The translations under genes were made by a program, and so were the position numbers. From Hyphomicrobiales bacterium (lineage in GTDB: Bacteria; Pseudomonadota; Alphaproteobacteria; Rhizobiales; Methylopilaceae), in NCBI GenBank assembly GCA_035547055.1, contig DASZVN010000057.1, forward strand, positions 25,975 through 89,974: a DNA stretch of 64,000 nucleotides, written 5' to 3'. The notes below the pieces were generated by a model. It saw nothing but the letters and a program-made list of their open reading frames with translations, made no database searches and was not told the origin of the DNA. Within the stretch, counting starts at the first letter, position 1, and each line of letters starts with the position of its first letter. Below are positions 31,715-41,540 of the stretch, piece after piece.

Positions 31715-31939
31715 TCAGTGCCCCTCGGCGACCGCCTGGGCGACGGCGCGCTCGGCAGCCTGGAACCCGGCGCGGGAATGGGTGCCGTCGCAGAACGGCT
31801 TGGTGGTCGACCCGCCGCAGCGGCACAGTGCCATCGTCTCCTTCACCGGATAGGCGTTGCCGTCGGCGTCGACGAGCTGGCTGACGCCGGTGACGAGATA
31901 GGGTCCATTGTTGCGCACGGTGATCTTGGCTTCGGCCAC
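31715..31939 (-). CDS. CDGSH iron-sulfur domain-containing protein
   Basis: CRCGGSTTKPFCDGTHS matches the CDGSH 2Fe-2S motif. Confidence 0.85.
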   Translation of the reverse strand: MAEAKITVRNNGPYLVTGVSQLVDADGNAYPVKETMALCRCGGSTTKPFCDGTHSRAGFQAAERAVAQAVAEGH

Positions 31940-32043
31940 GGCGGTTGTCCTTTCGCTGTCCGCCCGCCGCGCAGGCGGCAGGCGTTGCGATTAGAATAAG
32001 TCGAAAGAGGTAGGGCAAGCCCCGCGCCGGCAAACGTGATCGG

Positions 32044-32586
32044 TCAGGCGCCCTGCGTGCTTGCGGCGCTCTGGCGCTGCAGCAGGAGGGTGAGCTCCTT
32101 CACCGCCTGGGACAGGGCCGTCACCTCGGTCTGGCGGAGCTGGTCGATCTTCTCGTGCAGCAGCTCGATCTCGAGCTCGGCCTTGATGTTGACCTTGTAG
32201 TCGTTCTCGGCAGCCTGGCGGTCGATGTCCTGCTGGCGGTTCTGGCTCATCATGATGAAGGGCGCGGCATAGGCCGCCTGGAACGACAGCGCGAGGTTCA
32301 GCAGGATGAAGGGGTAGGGGTCCCAGGCGTTGATCCAGGCGGTGACGTTCAGCACGATCCAGACGAACAGGATCGCCGACTGGATGATGATGAAGCGCCA
32401 CGAGCCCATCGTCGCGGCGACGTCGTCGGCGATGCGCTGGCCGACCGTCAGCTTGAAATGCGGCGGGCCGTCGTCGGAGTCCTGGCGGAGGTGGCGCCGC
32501 CACACGCGGAGCTCCTCGAGCAGGCGGCGCTCGGCCTCGTGCAGCCCGTGATGGCGGGCGTCCGTTCCAACGGCGGTCTGTTCCAC
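32044..32586 (-). CDS. DUF1003 domain-containing membrane protein
   Basis: Two TM helices plus the ...AAYAAPFIMMSQNRQ... motif. C-terminal coiled coil. Confidence 0.7.
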   Translation of the reverse strand: MEQTAVGTDARHHGLHEAERRLLEELRVWRRHLRQDSDDGPPHFKLTVGQRIADDVAATMGSWRFIIIQSAILFVWIVLNVTAWINAWDPYPFILLNLALSFQAAYAAPFIMMSQNRQQDIDRQAAENDYKVNIKAELEIELLHEKIDQLRQTEVTALSQAVKELTLLLQRQSAASTQGA

Positions 32587-32636
32587 GCGCTTCCCCCCTG
32601 CCGGCAGCAGATGTGCGGCAGATCATTGCAGCAGAT

Positions 32637-33839
32637 TCAGCCGTCGCGCGAGAGGTCGGGCGCGGCCGCCGGGGTTCGCTCGCGCGGCGTTTCCTTGACG
32701 TGGAAGATCACGACGAAGAGGTAGATCGCGAACAGCAGCGCGATCGTCAGCGGCAGGCCGTTGGGGTTCCAGATGTCGAGGCCGAGGCCGAGCACCGGTG
32801 GACCAGCGAGGATGCCGACGCTGTACATCAGGATATAGGTGGCATTGGCGGCGGCGAGGTCCGACCCGCGGAACTGGCTGCCGAGATGGGCGAGGCCGAC
32901 CGTATAGAGGCCGGCGACGAGGCCGCCCCAGACCGCCACGACCGGAAACAGGAGGGCGGTCTGGTGGGCGATCAGCGGCATCACCGCCGCGCCCAGCGCC
33001 CCGACGACCGCGAGCAGGATCAGGAGCCGCCGCCGGTCCATGCGGTCGGAGACGAAGCCGAGCGGGATCTGCACCAGCACGTTGCCGAGCGCGAGGATGC
33101 TGACCAGCAGCATCGAGGCGACGTCGCCATAGCCCATGGCGAGGCCGTAGAGCGGCAGGAAGCTCATGCCGCCGGTCTCGACTGCGCCGAACACGAAGGC
33201 GGCGATGACGGCGGAGGGCGCGGCGCGGAGATAGACGAAGAGATGGCTCTGTGGCGGCTCGTGGATCGCCGGCGCCAGCGCGCCGGCGAAGCCGAGCGGC
33301 AGCGCCGCCACGACGAACAGCGCGGCGCCGACGACATAGGGCAGGGGGCCGTCGCGGTCGATCGCGGCGAGGAGCGTCGGTCCGGCGGCGAAGCCGAGGG
33401 CGAGCGCCGTCGAATAGATGCCCATGACGAGGCCGCGGGCATGGTCGGGCGCGACGTCGTTGATCCAGAACTCGGAGAGGACGAACAGCACCGCGAGCGA
33501 GGCGCCGAACAGGAAGCGCAGCGGGAACCAGAGCCATAGCGGCGACGACAGCCAGAAGCCGATGAAGGTCGCAGCCCCGACCGCCAGCGCGAGGAGGAGC
33601 AGCGGCCGCACCCCGATATGCATCGCGGTGCGCGGCACCAGCGGCGCCACCAGGATGGTGGCGAGGCCGGCCATCGCGGTGTTGAGGCCGATCAGGGTGG
33701 CGGACGCGCCGCGGGCCTGCATCGCGAAGGCGAGCAGCGGCACCGACAGGCTGAGGCCGATGCCGACCGTCGCGACGCAGGTGATCGCTGCGCCGATCGC
33801 CTGGACGCGCTGGAAATGAAGCCGCGTCGCCGAGTTCAC
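32637..33839 (-). CDS. MFS transporter
   Basis: About 12 TM helices, 400 aa, with an MFS loop 2-3-like motif (VSDRMDRRRL). Confidence 0.8.
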   Translation of the reverse strand: MNSATRLHFQRVQAIGAAITCVATVGIGLSLSVPLLAFAMQARGASATLIGLNTAMAGLATILVAPLVPRTAMHIGVRPLLLLALAVGAATFIGFWLSSPLWLWFPLRFLFGASLAVLFVLSEFWINDVAPDHARGLVMGIYSTALALGFAAGPTLLAAIDRDGPLPYVVGAALFVVAALPLGFAGALAPAIHEPPQSHLFVYLRAAPSAVIAAFVFGAVETGGMSFLPLYGLAMGYGDVASMLLVSILALGNVLVQIPLGFVSDRMDRRRLLILLAVVGALGAAVMPLIAHQTALLFPVVAVWGGLVAGLYTVGLAHLGSQFRGSDLAAANATYILMYSVGILAGPPVLGLGLDIWNPNGLPLTIALLFAIYLFVVIFHVKETPRERTPAAAPDLSRDG

Positions 33840-33873
33840 GGCCGGTCCGTGCGTTCGCTGCCCGCCGCCCGCT

Positions 33874-36159
33874 TCATCGCCGTCCCTGCCGCACCCCGGC
33901 GCGATCGCGGCCGCGGGCCCGCCTGTCGCCGCGCTTGCCGCGGCCGGGCGGGGCGAGATGACGGCCCTCGCTCACGACCTCGAAGCGAAGCGCACCGGCG
34001 ATCGGGGCCGCCTCGACCAGCTTCACCTCGACCGCATCGCCGAGCCGGAAGGCCTCGCCGGTATCCTCGCCGATCATCAGGCGGCGGCCCTCGTCGTAGG
34101 AGAAATATTCGCGCCCGAGCGTCGCCACGGGCACGAAGCCGGACGCGCCGGTCTCGTCGAGCACCACGAACAAGCCTGCCTGGGTAACGCCGGAAATGCG
34201 GCCGGAGAAGGTCGCGCCGACGCGATCCGCAAGATAATGGGCGATCAGCCGGTCGACGGTCTCCCGCTCGGCTGCCATGGCGCGACGCTCGGCGGCCGAG
34301 ATCGCGGCGCCAACCTCGTTCAGCGCCTCGACCGTGATGCTCTCCGGCAGGCCGCCGGGGCCGAGGCCGCGGGCCCGGATCAGGGCACGGTGCACGATCA
34401 GGTCGGCATACCGCCGGATCGGCGAGGTGAAATGGGCATAGCGGCGGAGGTTGAGACCGAAATGGCCGTAGTTGTCGGCGGCGTATTCGGCCTGGGCCTG
34501 GCTCCGCAGCACCACCTCGTTGACCACCGCCGCGTGGTCGGTGCCGGCGACGCGCTCGAGGATGCGATTGAAATTGGCCGGGCGGAGGTTGCCGCTCTTG
34601 GGCAGGGAAATGTCGAGGCTCGCCAGGAACTCGCGCAGCGACGCCAGCTTCTCCAGCGACGGGGTGTCGTGGACACGGAACACGAGCGGGGTCTTTGCCG
34701 CGATCAGCACCTCGGCCGCCGCCACGTTGGCGAGGATCATGTACTCCTCGATCAGCCGGTGGGCGTCGAGGCGGGGCGGCACCACCACGCGCTCGACATG
34801 GCCGCGTTCGTCGAGGACGATCTTGCGCTCCGGCAGGTCGAGGTCGAGCGGTTCGCGGGCCTTTCGCGCGGTCTTCAGCGCGCCGTAGGCCGCCCAGAGC
34901 GGCCGCAGCACCGGATCGAGCAGCGGGCCGGTGACCTCGTCCGGGCGGCCGTCGATCGCGGCCTGGGCCTGCTCGTAGGAGAGCCGCGCGGCCGAGCGCA
35001 TCATGATGCGGTGGACGCTGTGGCTGCGCTTGCGGCCCTTGGCGTCGATGGTCATGCGGATCGCCAGCGCCGGCCGCGGCACGTGCGGGCGGAGCGAGCA
35101 GAGGTCGTTCGAGATCCGCTCCGGCAGCATCGGCACGACGCGGTCGGGAAAATAGACCGAGTTGCCGCGCTTCAAGGCCTCGCGGTCGAGCAGCGAGTGC
35201 GGGCGGACGTACCAGGCGACGTCGGCGATCGCGACGGTGACGACATGGCCGCCGGGGTTGTCGGGGTCGGTGTCCGGCTCCGCGTGGACGGCGTCGTCGT
35301 GGTCCTTGGCGTCGGGCGGATCGATGGTGACGAGCGGCAGGCGCCGCCAGTCCTCGCGATGGGCCATCGTCGCCGGCTCGGCAGCCTCGGCTTCCGCCAT
35401 TACCGCCGGAGGGAAGACGTCGGGGATGCCGTGGGCGTGGATCGCGATCAGGCTGACGGCCTTTTCGCTCGCGAGCGAGCCCAGCCGCTCGCGCACCCGC
35501 GCCCGCGGCGCGCCGAAGCGGCTCGATTTCTCGATTTCGACGGCGACGAGGTCGCCCTCGCGCGCGCCGCCGTCTTCGCCGGGCGCGACCGACAGCACGC
35601 GGCCGAGCCGCTTCTTGTCGACCGGCTCGACGACGCCGCCGCCGGCCTTGAGCGGGCGGTAGACGCCGAGCACGCGCTCGGCCGATCGCGACAGTAGCTT
35701 GATGACGCGGCCGAGATGGGTCGCGCCGTGCTCTCCGGGTGCGCGTTCGGTGCGCGCCAGCACGCGGTCGCCCACGCCGGGCACCGGCTCCCGGCCCCGG
35801 CCGTGGCGGGACAGGCGGATCAACACCTTGGGCGCGGAGCCATGCGCCTCTTCGTCCCACTCGGCCGGCGCGGCCATCAGCTCGCCGTCGCGATCGCGTC
35901 CGGTGATCTGGAGGACGCCGACGGGCGGCAACTCGCCCGGCCGGTGCAGCTTGCCGCCGCGGCGGGCGACCGTGCCCTCGTCCTCCAGCTCGCGCAGAAC
36001 GCGCTTCAGCCCGATCCGGGCCTCGCTGCCCTTGATGCCGAAGGCTCGGGCGATCGCGCGCTTGTCCGCCGCTCCGCCATGGGCGGAGACGTAGGCCGCG
36101 ATCTCTCCCTTGCCGGGCAGTCCGGCCGCCTCGTCGGAAGGGGTCTTGCGCCGCGCCAC
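33874..36159 (-). CDS. rnr: ribonuclease R
   Basis: RNB motifs (VTIDPPDAKDHDDAV; FTSPIRRYADLIVHR), C-terminal S1 domain and basic tail. GTG 36159 was chosen because it is the first start after topA. The remaining 2.2 kb of the 1487-aa ORF overlaps topA out of frame. Confidence 0.9.
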   Translation of the reverse strand: MARRKTPSDEAAGLPGKGEIAAYVSAHGGAADKRAIARAFGIKGSEARIGLKRVLRELEDEGTVARRGGKLHRPGELPPVGVLQITGRDRDGELMAAPAEWDEEAHGSAPKVLIRLSRHGRGREPVPGVGDRVLARTERAPGEHGATHLGRVIKLLSRSAERVLGVYRPLKAGGGVVEPVDKKRLGRVLSVAPGEDGGAREGDLVAVEIEKSSRFGAPRARVRERLGSLASEKAVSLIAIHAHGIPDVFPPAVMAEAEAAEPATMAHREDWRRLPLVTIDPPDAKDHDDAVHAEPDTDPDNPGGHVVTVAIADVAWYVRPHSLLDREALKRGNSVYFPDRVVPMLPERISNDLCSLRPHVPRPALAIRMTIDAKGRKRSHSVHRIMMRSAARLSYEQAQAAIDGRPDEVTGPLLDPVLRPLWAAYGALKTARKAREPLDLDLPERKIVLDERGHVERVVVPPRLDAHRLIEEYMILANVAAAEVLIAAKTPLVFRVHDTPSLEKLASLREFLASLDISLPKSGNLRPANFNRILERVAGTDHAAVVNEVVLRSQAQAEYAADNYGHFGLNLRRYAHFTSPIRRYADLIVHRALIRARGLGPGGLPESITVEALNEVGAAISAAERRAMAAERETVDRLIAHYLADRVGATFSGRISGVTQAGLFVVLDETGASGFVPVATLGREYFSYDEGRRLMIGEDTGEAFRLGDAVEVKLVEAAPIAGALRFEVVSEGRHLAPPGRGKRGDRRARGRDRAGVRQGRR

Positions 36160-36170
36160 GCCGCCGGCCG

Positions 36171-38804
36171 CTAGCTCTTCGTGCGCCGCGCCGCCGGCTT
36201 GGCTCGCTTGGCTGTGCCGCGGGCGGGTGCCTTGGCGGCGCCCTTGGCCTTGCCGGCCGTCCGCTTGACCGGACGCTTGCCGCCGCCCGCGGCGGCCCGC
36301 GCCGCGATCAGGGCGACCGCGTCCTCCAGCGTGATCGTCGCTGGGTCGCGATCCTTGGGCAGCGTCGCGTTGATCTTGTCGTGGCTGACATAGGGGCCGT
36401 AGCGCCCGGCATGGACCACGACGGAGCCGCCGTCGGGATGCTCGCCGAGCACGCGGCCGGGGTCGCGCGCCGGGCGGCCGCCGCGCTCGGCCTTCTCGGC
36501 CAGGACCGAGACCGCGCGGTTCAGCCCGACCTCGAACACCTCGTCCGCCGTGGACAGGTTCGCGTAGCGGCCGCCGTGCTCGACATAGGGGCCGTAGCGC
36601 CCGATGCCGGCCGAGATCATCTTGCCAGTCTCGGGATGCGGCCCGACCTCGCGCGGCAGCGACAGGAGCTTCAGCGCCCGTTCGAGGTCGATCGAGGCCG
36701 CCGGCCAATCCTTCGGCAGCGACGCGCGCTTCGGCTTCTCGCCCCCCTCGGCCTCGCCGAGCTGGACGTAGGGGCCGAAGCGGCCGTCGCGCAGCGTCAC
36801 CTCGAGACCGCTCCCGGGGTCGACGCCGAGCACCTTGGTGCCGTCGATCCCGCCGGCGGCCGCGCCGTCCTCGCCGTTCTGCTCGCCGCCGAATGGCCGG
36901 GTGTAGCGGCATTCGGGATAGTTCGAGCAGCCGATGAAGGCGCCGAACTTGCCGGTCTTGATCGACAGGCGTCCCGAACCGCAGACCGGGCACTGGCGCG
37001 GGTCGCCGCCATCGGCACGGGCGGGGAAAATGTGCGGCCCAAGGAGGTCGTTCAGCGCGTCCAGCACCTCGCTGGTGCGAAGCTCTTTCGTCTCCAGGAT
37101 GGCGGCGTTGAAGTCGCGCCAGAAGTCGCGCAGCACCTCTTTCCAGTCGAGCTCGGAGTTCGAGATGAGGTCGAGCTTCTCCTCCAGGTCGGCCGTGAAG
37201 TCGTACTCGACGTAGCGGCGGAAAAAGCTTTCCAGGAAGGCGGTGACGATGCGTCCCTTGTCGCTCGGCACAAGGCGCTTCTTGTCGAGCGCGACATAGT
37301 CGCGGTCGCGCAAGACCGAGAGCGTCGCGGCGTAGGTCGAGGGTCGGCCGATGCCGAGCTCCTCCATCTTCTTGACCAGAGACGCCTCGGTGTAGCGGGG
37401 CGGCGGCTCGGTGAAATGCTGCGTCGCCTCGATCGCGCGCCGCGTCAGCGGGTCGCCGGCGGCGAGCGGCGGCAGGCGGCGGCTCTCCTCGTCCTCCGCC
37501 TCGTCGTCCTGGCCTTCCTGGTAGAGCGCGAGGAAGCCGTCGAAGGTCAGCACCGTGCCGGTGGCACGGAGGTCGAGCACCCGCTCCTCGACCAGGGCGC
37601 GGATGTCGGCCGTGGTGCGCTGCATCTCGGCCGATTCCATCTGGCTCGCGATGGTGCGCTTCCAGATCAGCTCGTAGAGGCCGCGCTGGTCGGGCTCGAG
37701 ATGGCGCGCCACGTCCTCCGGCCGGCGCGCCGGATCGGTCGGGCGGATCGCCTCGTGCGCCTCCTGGGCGTTCTTGGCCTTGACCTTGTAGACGCGCGGC
37801 GCGGCGGGCAAATAGCGCTGGCCGAAGGCCTGGCCGACATAGCCGCGCACGGCGCGGATCGCCTCGTCGGCGATCTGGACGCCGTCGGTCCGCATATAGG
37901 TGATGAGGCCGACGGTCTCGCCGCCGATGTCGACGCCCTCGTAGAGGCGCTGGGCGACCTGCATGGTGCGCTGGGCCGAGAAGCCGAGCTTGCGCGACGC
38001 CTCCTGCTGCAAGGTCGAGGTCGTGAAGGGCGGCTGCGGGTGGCGTCTGGCCGGGTGCTGCTCGACGCTCGCCACGGTGAAGCGGGCGAACTCGAGCGCA
38101 CGGCGGAAGGCTTCGGCGGCGTTCTTGTCGCCGACGTCGAGGCGGCCGACGCGCTTGCCGTCGGCGCCGACCAGGCGGGCCTCGAACTCCTCGCCCTTCT
38201 GGGTCGCGAGGCGCGCGACCAGCGTCCAGTATTCCTGTGAGACGAAGCGCTCGATCTCGACCTCGCGGTCGACCACGAGGCGGAGCGCCACCGACTGCAC
38301 CCGTCCGGCCGACCGCGCGCCCGGGAGCTTGCGCCACAGGACCGGAGAGAGGGTGAAGCCGACCAGGTAGTCCAGCGCGCGGCGGGCGAGATAGGCGTCG
38401 ACCAGCGCCGCATCGACCGCGCGCGGCTTCTTCATCGCGTCGAGGACGGCCTGCTTGGTGATCGCGTTGAAGACGACGCGCTCGACCGGCTGGCCGCGGA
38501 GCGCGCCGTTGCCGTGCAGCACCTCCAGCACATGCCAGGAGATCGCCTCGCCTTCACGGTCCGGATCGGTCGCGAGGATCAGCCGGTCGGCGCCCTTCAC
38601 CGCCCTGGCGATGTCGGACAGGCGCTTCTTCGCCTTGCCGTCGACCTCCCACAGCATCCGGAAATCCTGGTCCGGCTCGACCGAGCCGTCCTTAGCGGGC
38701 AGGTCGCGGACATGGCCGTAGGACGCCAGCACCTCGTAGCGCGGGCCGAGATATTTGTTGATCGTCTTGGCCTTGGCCGGCGACTCGACGATGACGACGT
38801 CCAT
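36171..38804 (-). CDS. topA: type I DNA topoisomerase
   Basis: TOPRIM VVIVESPAKAKTINKYLG, active-site region GLITYMRTD, one Cys4 zinc ribbon, repeated GR(F/Y)GPYV C-terminal modules, Lys-rich tail. Start taken at ATG 38804. Confidence 0.95.
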   Translation of the reverse strand: MDVVIVESPAKAKTINKYLGPRYEVLASYGHVRDLPAKDGSVEPDQDFRMLWEVDGKAKKRLSDIARAVKGADRLILATDPDREGEAISWHVLEVLHGNGALRGQPVERVVFNAITKQAVLDAMKKPRAVDAALVDAYLARRALDYLVGFTLSPVLWRKLPGARSAGRVQSVALRLVVDREVEIERFVSQEYWTLVARLATQKGEEFEARLVGADGKRVGRLDVGDKNAAEAFRRALEFARFTVASVEQHPARRHPQPPFTTSTLQQEASRKLGFSAQRTMQVAQRLYEGVDIGGETVGLITYMRTDGVQIADEAIRAVRGYVGQAFGQRYLPAAPRVYKVKAKNAQEAHEAIRPTDPARRPEDVARHLEPDQRGLYELIWKRTIASQMESAEMQRTTADIRALVEERVLDLRATGTVLTFDGFLALYQEGQDDEAEDEESRRLPPLAAGDPLTRRAIEATQHFTEPPPRYTEASLVKKMEELGIGRPSTYAATLSVLRDRDYVALDKKRLVPSDKGRIVTAFLESFFRRYVEYDFTADLEEKLDLISNSELDWKEVLRDFWRDFNAAILETKELRTSEVLDALNDLLGPHIFPARADGGDPRQCPVCGSGRLSIKTGKFGAFIGCSNYPECRYTRPFGGEQNGEDGAAAGGIDGTKVLGVDPGSGLEVTLRDGRFGPYVQLGEAEGGEKPKRASLPKDWPAASIDLERALKLLSLPREVGPHPETGKMISAGIGRYGPYVEHGGRYANLSTADEVFEVGLNRAVSVLAEKAERGGRPARDPGRVLGEHPDGGSVVVHAGRYGPYVSHDKINATLPKDRDPATITLEDAVALIAARAAAGGGKRPVKRTAGKAKGAAKAPARGTAKRAKPAARRTKS

Positions 38805-38938
38805 GCAGGGTCTCGACGGTGGGACGGGGAGAGATGGGCCGCCGGGCGGCGGCGTGAACATGGGCATGGGGCCGGGACGTGTCAAACCACGTCGAGAACT
38901 CTACTCTATCTGGTTGCAAAGTTGCATTTTTTCTCCAT

Positions 38939-38967
38939 TTGCGTGTGTTGATGCCGATTGTTACAAT
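38939..38967 (+). promoter_or_regulatory. sigma70-like promoter (TTGCGT-17 nt-TACAAT) in the AT-rich topA upstream region, reading toward the 77-aa ORF
   Basis: Seen directly: -35 at 38939-38944, -10 at 38962-38967. GAGGAGG lies 4 nt before ATG 39015. Confidence 0.4.
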
Positions 38968-39014
38968 CTTCGGGTGGCACCTCAGCGGACGGCGGACGTC
39001 GTCGAGGAGGCTTG

Positions 39015-39248
39015 ATGCCCGAGTTTTCAAAATGGATCCGGGACGGGGCAGCAGCCGATGCCGGCAATCCACCCCCTGACGTCGCAGCGGGCTATATCGC
39101 CGATATGACGGCGCAGCTTGCCCGCCTCGCCCGGCGCGCCGAGCTGGGCGTGCTGGCCTACCTGCTGGACATGGCAGCGGCCGAGGCCCGCGGCGCGGTC
39201 GAGGCGATCGGCGCGGAGCCGCACCCGGCCAGTCATTCCGCCCGATGA
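39015..39248 (+). CDS. hypothetical 77-aa protein
   Basis: Strong SD (GAGGAGG) and a candidate promoter. Amphipathic helical segment AAGYIADMTAQLARLARRAELGVLAYLLDMAAAEARGA. No family recognised. Confidence 0.5.
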   Translation: MPEFSKWIRDGAAADAGNPPPDVAAGYIADMTAQLARLARRAELGVLAYLLDMAAAEARGAVEAIGAEPHPASHSAR

Positions 39249-39270
39249 CGCAACGGGGGCCCCGCCGCCT

Positions 39271-40254
39271 TCATCCCCAGAGCGCGGCGGCTGGCGGCTG
39301 GAGCGTGCTGCCCTCGTAGACAAGGCCATGGGGCCGGTCGCGGGCGAGGAGCAGGGGGCCGTCGAGGTCGACATAGCGGGCACCGGGCGTCAGCAGCGTC
39401 GCGGGCGCCATCGCCAGCGAGGTCGCGACCATGCAGCCGACGATGACGCCGAGGCCAAGCCGATCCGCCTCGGCCGCGACCATGAGCGCCTCGGTCAGGC
39501 CGCCGGTCTTGTCGAGCTTCACGTTGATGCCGTCGTAGCGGCCGGCCAGGGCCGCCACGGTGGCGAGACCGTGGACGCTCTCGTCGGCGAAGACGGGCAG
39601 GGGGCACCGAATCTCCGCCAGCACGCCGTCGGAGTCAGCGGCCAGCGGCTGCTCGACCATCTCGACGCCGGCATCGGCGCAGGCCGCGAGGTTTTCCGCG
39701 AGTGTCGCGGCGGTCCAGCCTTCGTTCACGTCGACGACGAGGCGCGCGCCGGGGACGGCCGCCCGCACCGCGCGGATTCGTGCCGGATCGCCTGGCGCGC
39801 CGAGCTTGACCTTGAGGAGTGGCCGACCCGCCGCTTTGGCCGCTGCCGCGGCCATGGCCGACGGCTCGCCGAGGCTGATCGTGTAGGCGGTCGTCACCGG
39901 CCGCGGCTCCATGAGGCCCGCGAGGTCCCAGGCGCGTCGGCCGGCGCGCTTGGCCTCGAAATCCCACAGGGCGCAGTCGAGCGCGTTGCGCGCGGCGCCG
40001 CCGGGGAGCCGCTCCGCCAAGCCGGCCCGGTCGAGGCCCGCCGCGACGGCGTTGGCCTGGCCGGCCACCGCCGCGGCGACCCCCTCCACGGTCTCTCCGT
40101 AGCGCGCATAGGGCACGCACTCGCCGCGCCCGACGACGCCGTCTTCGGCGATCTCCGCCACCACGACCTCGGCGGCCGTCTTGGAGCCGCGGGCAATGGT
40201 GAAGCGGCCGGCGATCGGCCAGCGCTCGGTCAGGACGGTCAGGCGTCGGGTCAT
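39271..40254 (-). CDS. dipeptide epimerase (enolase superfamily, L-Ala-D/L-Glu epimerase-like)
   Basis: Enolase-superfamily layout. KVKLG, metal-ligand contexts (VVDVNEGW; VEQP; ADES) and KLDKTGG catalytic Lys. 327 aa from ATG 40254. Confidence 0.75.
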   Translation of the reverse strand: MTRRLTVLTERWPIAGRFTIARGSKTAAEVVVAEIAEDGVVGRGECVPYARYGETVEGVAAAVAGQANAVAAGLDRAGLAERLPGGAARNALDCALWDFEAKRAGRRAWDLAGLMEPRPVTTAYTISLGEPSAMAAAAAKAAGRPLLKVKLGAPGDPARIRAVRAAVPGARLVVDVNEGWTAATLAENLAACADAGVEMVEQPLAADSDGVLAEIRCPLPVFADESVHGLATVAALAGRYDGINVKLDKTGGLTEALMVAAEADRLGLGVIVGCMVATSLAMAPATLLTPGARYVDLDGPLLLARDRPHGLVYEGSTLQPPAAALWG

Positions 40255-40392
40255 GGCAGGCGATTCGCGGGTCGCGGCAGGATGGCGGCAGGCCACGCCT
40301 GCGGGCAAGCCGGCAGACGGCATCGCGCCCCGCCTCGACCCGGCGCCCGCGCTCCGCTAAGAGGAGGCTCGACGTCTAGGGACTCGACGCAC

Positions 40393-41538
40393 GTGGATGC
40401 CGTCATCGCCGAGCCTGAACTGACGAGCGGTACCGCCGGCGGCGAACGCCGGCTGATGCTGTCGGGCGACTGGGTCGTCGCCCATGCCGAGATCATGGAA
40501 GTCCTGGCCGAGGACGTCCGCGAGAGCCAGCCGGCGCCGCGCGTCACGGTCGATCTCGGCCAGCTCGGCCGGCTCGATACCGTGGGCGCCCTGGTGCTGC
40601 ACCGGGTCTGCGACTTCGCCGCGACGCCCGAGGGCAAGGTCGAGATCGAGGGTGGCCGGCCCGAGCAGCGCGCGCTCCTCAGCGCGATCGTCCGCGAGAC
40701 CGAGGCGGCCAAGATGCCGCCGGCGCCGCGCACCTTCTTCCTGGTCGACTGGCTCGCGCTGCTGGGCGCCGGCGTCGCCCGGGCCGGCTTCGAGATCGTG
40801 CGCTGGTTCGCCTTTCTGGGCGCCATCGTCGCGGCCGCCGGCAATCTCATGCTTCATCCCGGCCGCTTCCGCGCCACCTCCTTCGTGTTCCACCTCGAGC
40901 ATGTCGGCTTCCGGGCGGTGCCGATCATCGCGTTGATCTCCTTTCTGGTCGGCGCCATCGTGGCCCAGCAGGGCATCTTCCAGCTTCGCCATTTCGGCGC
41001 GACCATCTTCGTGGTCGACCTCGTCGGCATCCTGACGCTTCGCGAGCTCGGCGTGCTGCTCACCTCGATCATGGTGGCCGGCCGCTCCGGCAGCGCCTTC
41101 ACCGCCGAGATCGGCTCGATGAAGATGCGCGAGGAGATCGACGCGCTGAACGTGATGGCGCTGAATCCCGTCGAGGTGCTGATCCTGCCGCGCCTCCTCG
41201 CGCTCGTCGTCGGGCTGACGATGCTGAGCTTCATATCCGAGATCGCGGCGCTCGCCGGCGGCGGCCTCGTGGTGTGGGTCTATGGCGGGGTGACGCCCGA
41301 GGCCTCGCTCTCCCGCCTCAAGGAGGCGATCGACCTCACCAGCTTCACCGTCGGCATGGTCAAGGCGCCGTTCATGGCGATCGTGATCGGCGTCATCGCC
41401 GCGATCGAGGGCCTGGAGGTCGAGGGCTCGGCCGAATCGCTCGGCATGCGCACCACGGCGTCGGTGGTGAAGTCGATCTTCATGGTGATCGTGCTCGATG
41501 GCATCTTCGCGGTGATGTTCGCCGCGCTGGGGCTCTAG
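40393..41538 (+). CDS. MlaE-family ABC permease with N-terminal STAS/MlaB-like cytoplasmic domain
   Basis: C-terminal ~260 aa carry the MlaE pattern (RELGVLLTSIMVAGRSGSAFTAEIGSMKMREEIDAL). The N-terminal ~110 aa have a STAS-like pattern (LSGDW...VTVDLGQLGRLDTVGALVL). Start uncertain: GTG 40393 or ATG 40456. Confidence 0.8.
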   Translation: MDAVIAEPELTSGTAGGERRLMLSGDWVVAHAEIMEVLAEDVRESQPAPRVTVDLGQLGRLDTVGALVLHRVCDFAATPEGKVEIEGGRPEQRALLSAIVRETEAAKMPPAPRTFFLVDWLALLGAGVARAGFEIVRWFAFLGAIVAAAGNLMLHPGRFRATSFVFHLEHVGFRAVPIIALISFLVGAIVAQQGIFQLRHFGATIFVVDLVGILTLRELGVLLTSIMVAGRSGSAFTAEIGSMKMREEIDALNVMALNPVEVLILPRLLALVVGLTMLSFISEIAALAGGGLVVWVYGGVTPEASLSRLKEAIDLTSFTVGMVKAPFMAIVIGVIAAIEGLEVEGSAESLGMRTTASVVKSIFMVIVLDGIFAVMFAALGL

Positions 41539-41540
41539 CG

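Noticed and set aside
33874-38337. 1487-aa ORF on the minus strand, suggesting a giant protein
   Set aside because: Only the 3' 2.29 kb (33874-36159) encodes RNase R. The upstream 2.2 kb overlaps topA in another frame and translates to Arg/Pro/Gly-rich low-complexity sequence. It is a stop-codon-poor artefact of high G+C.
38805-38938. Specific topA promoter call on the minus strand
   Set aside because: Candidates such as TTGACA-17 nt-CATGTT exist, but the -10 is weak and several alternatives fit equally well. I left it uncalled.
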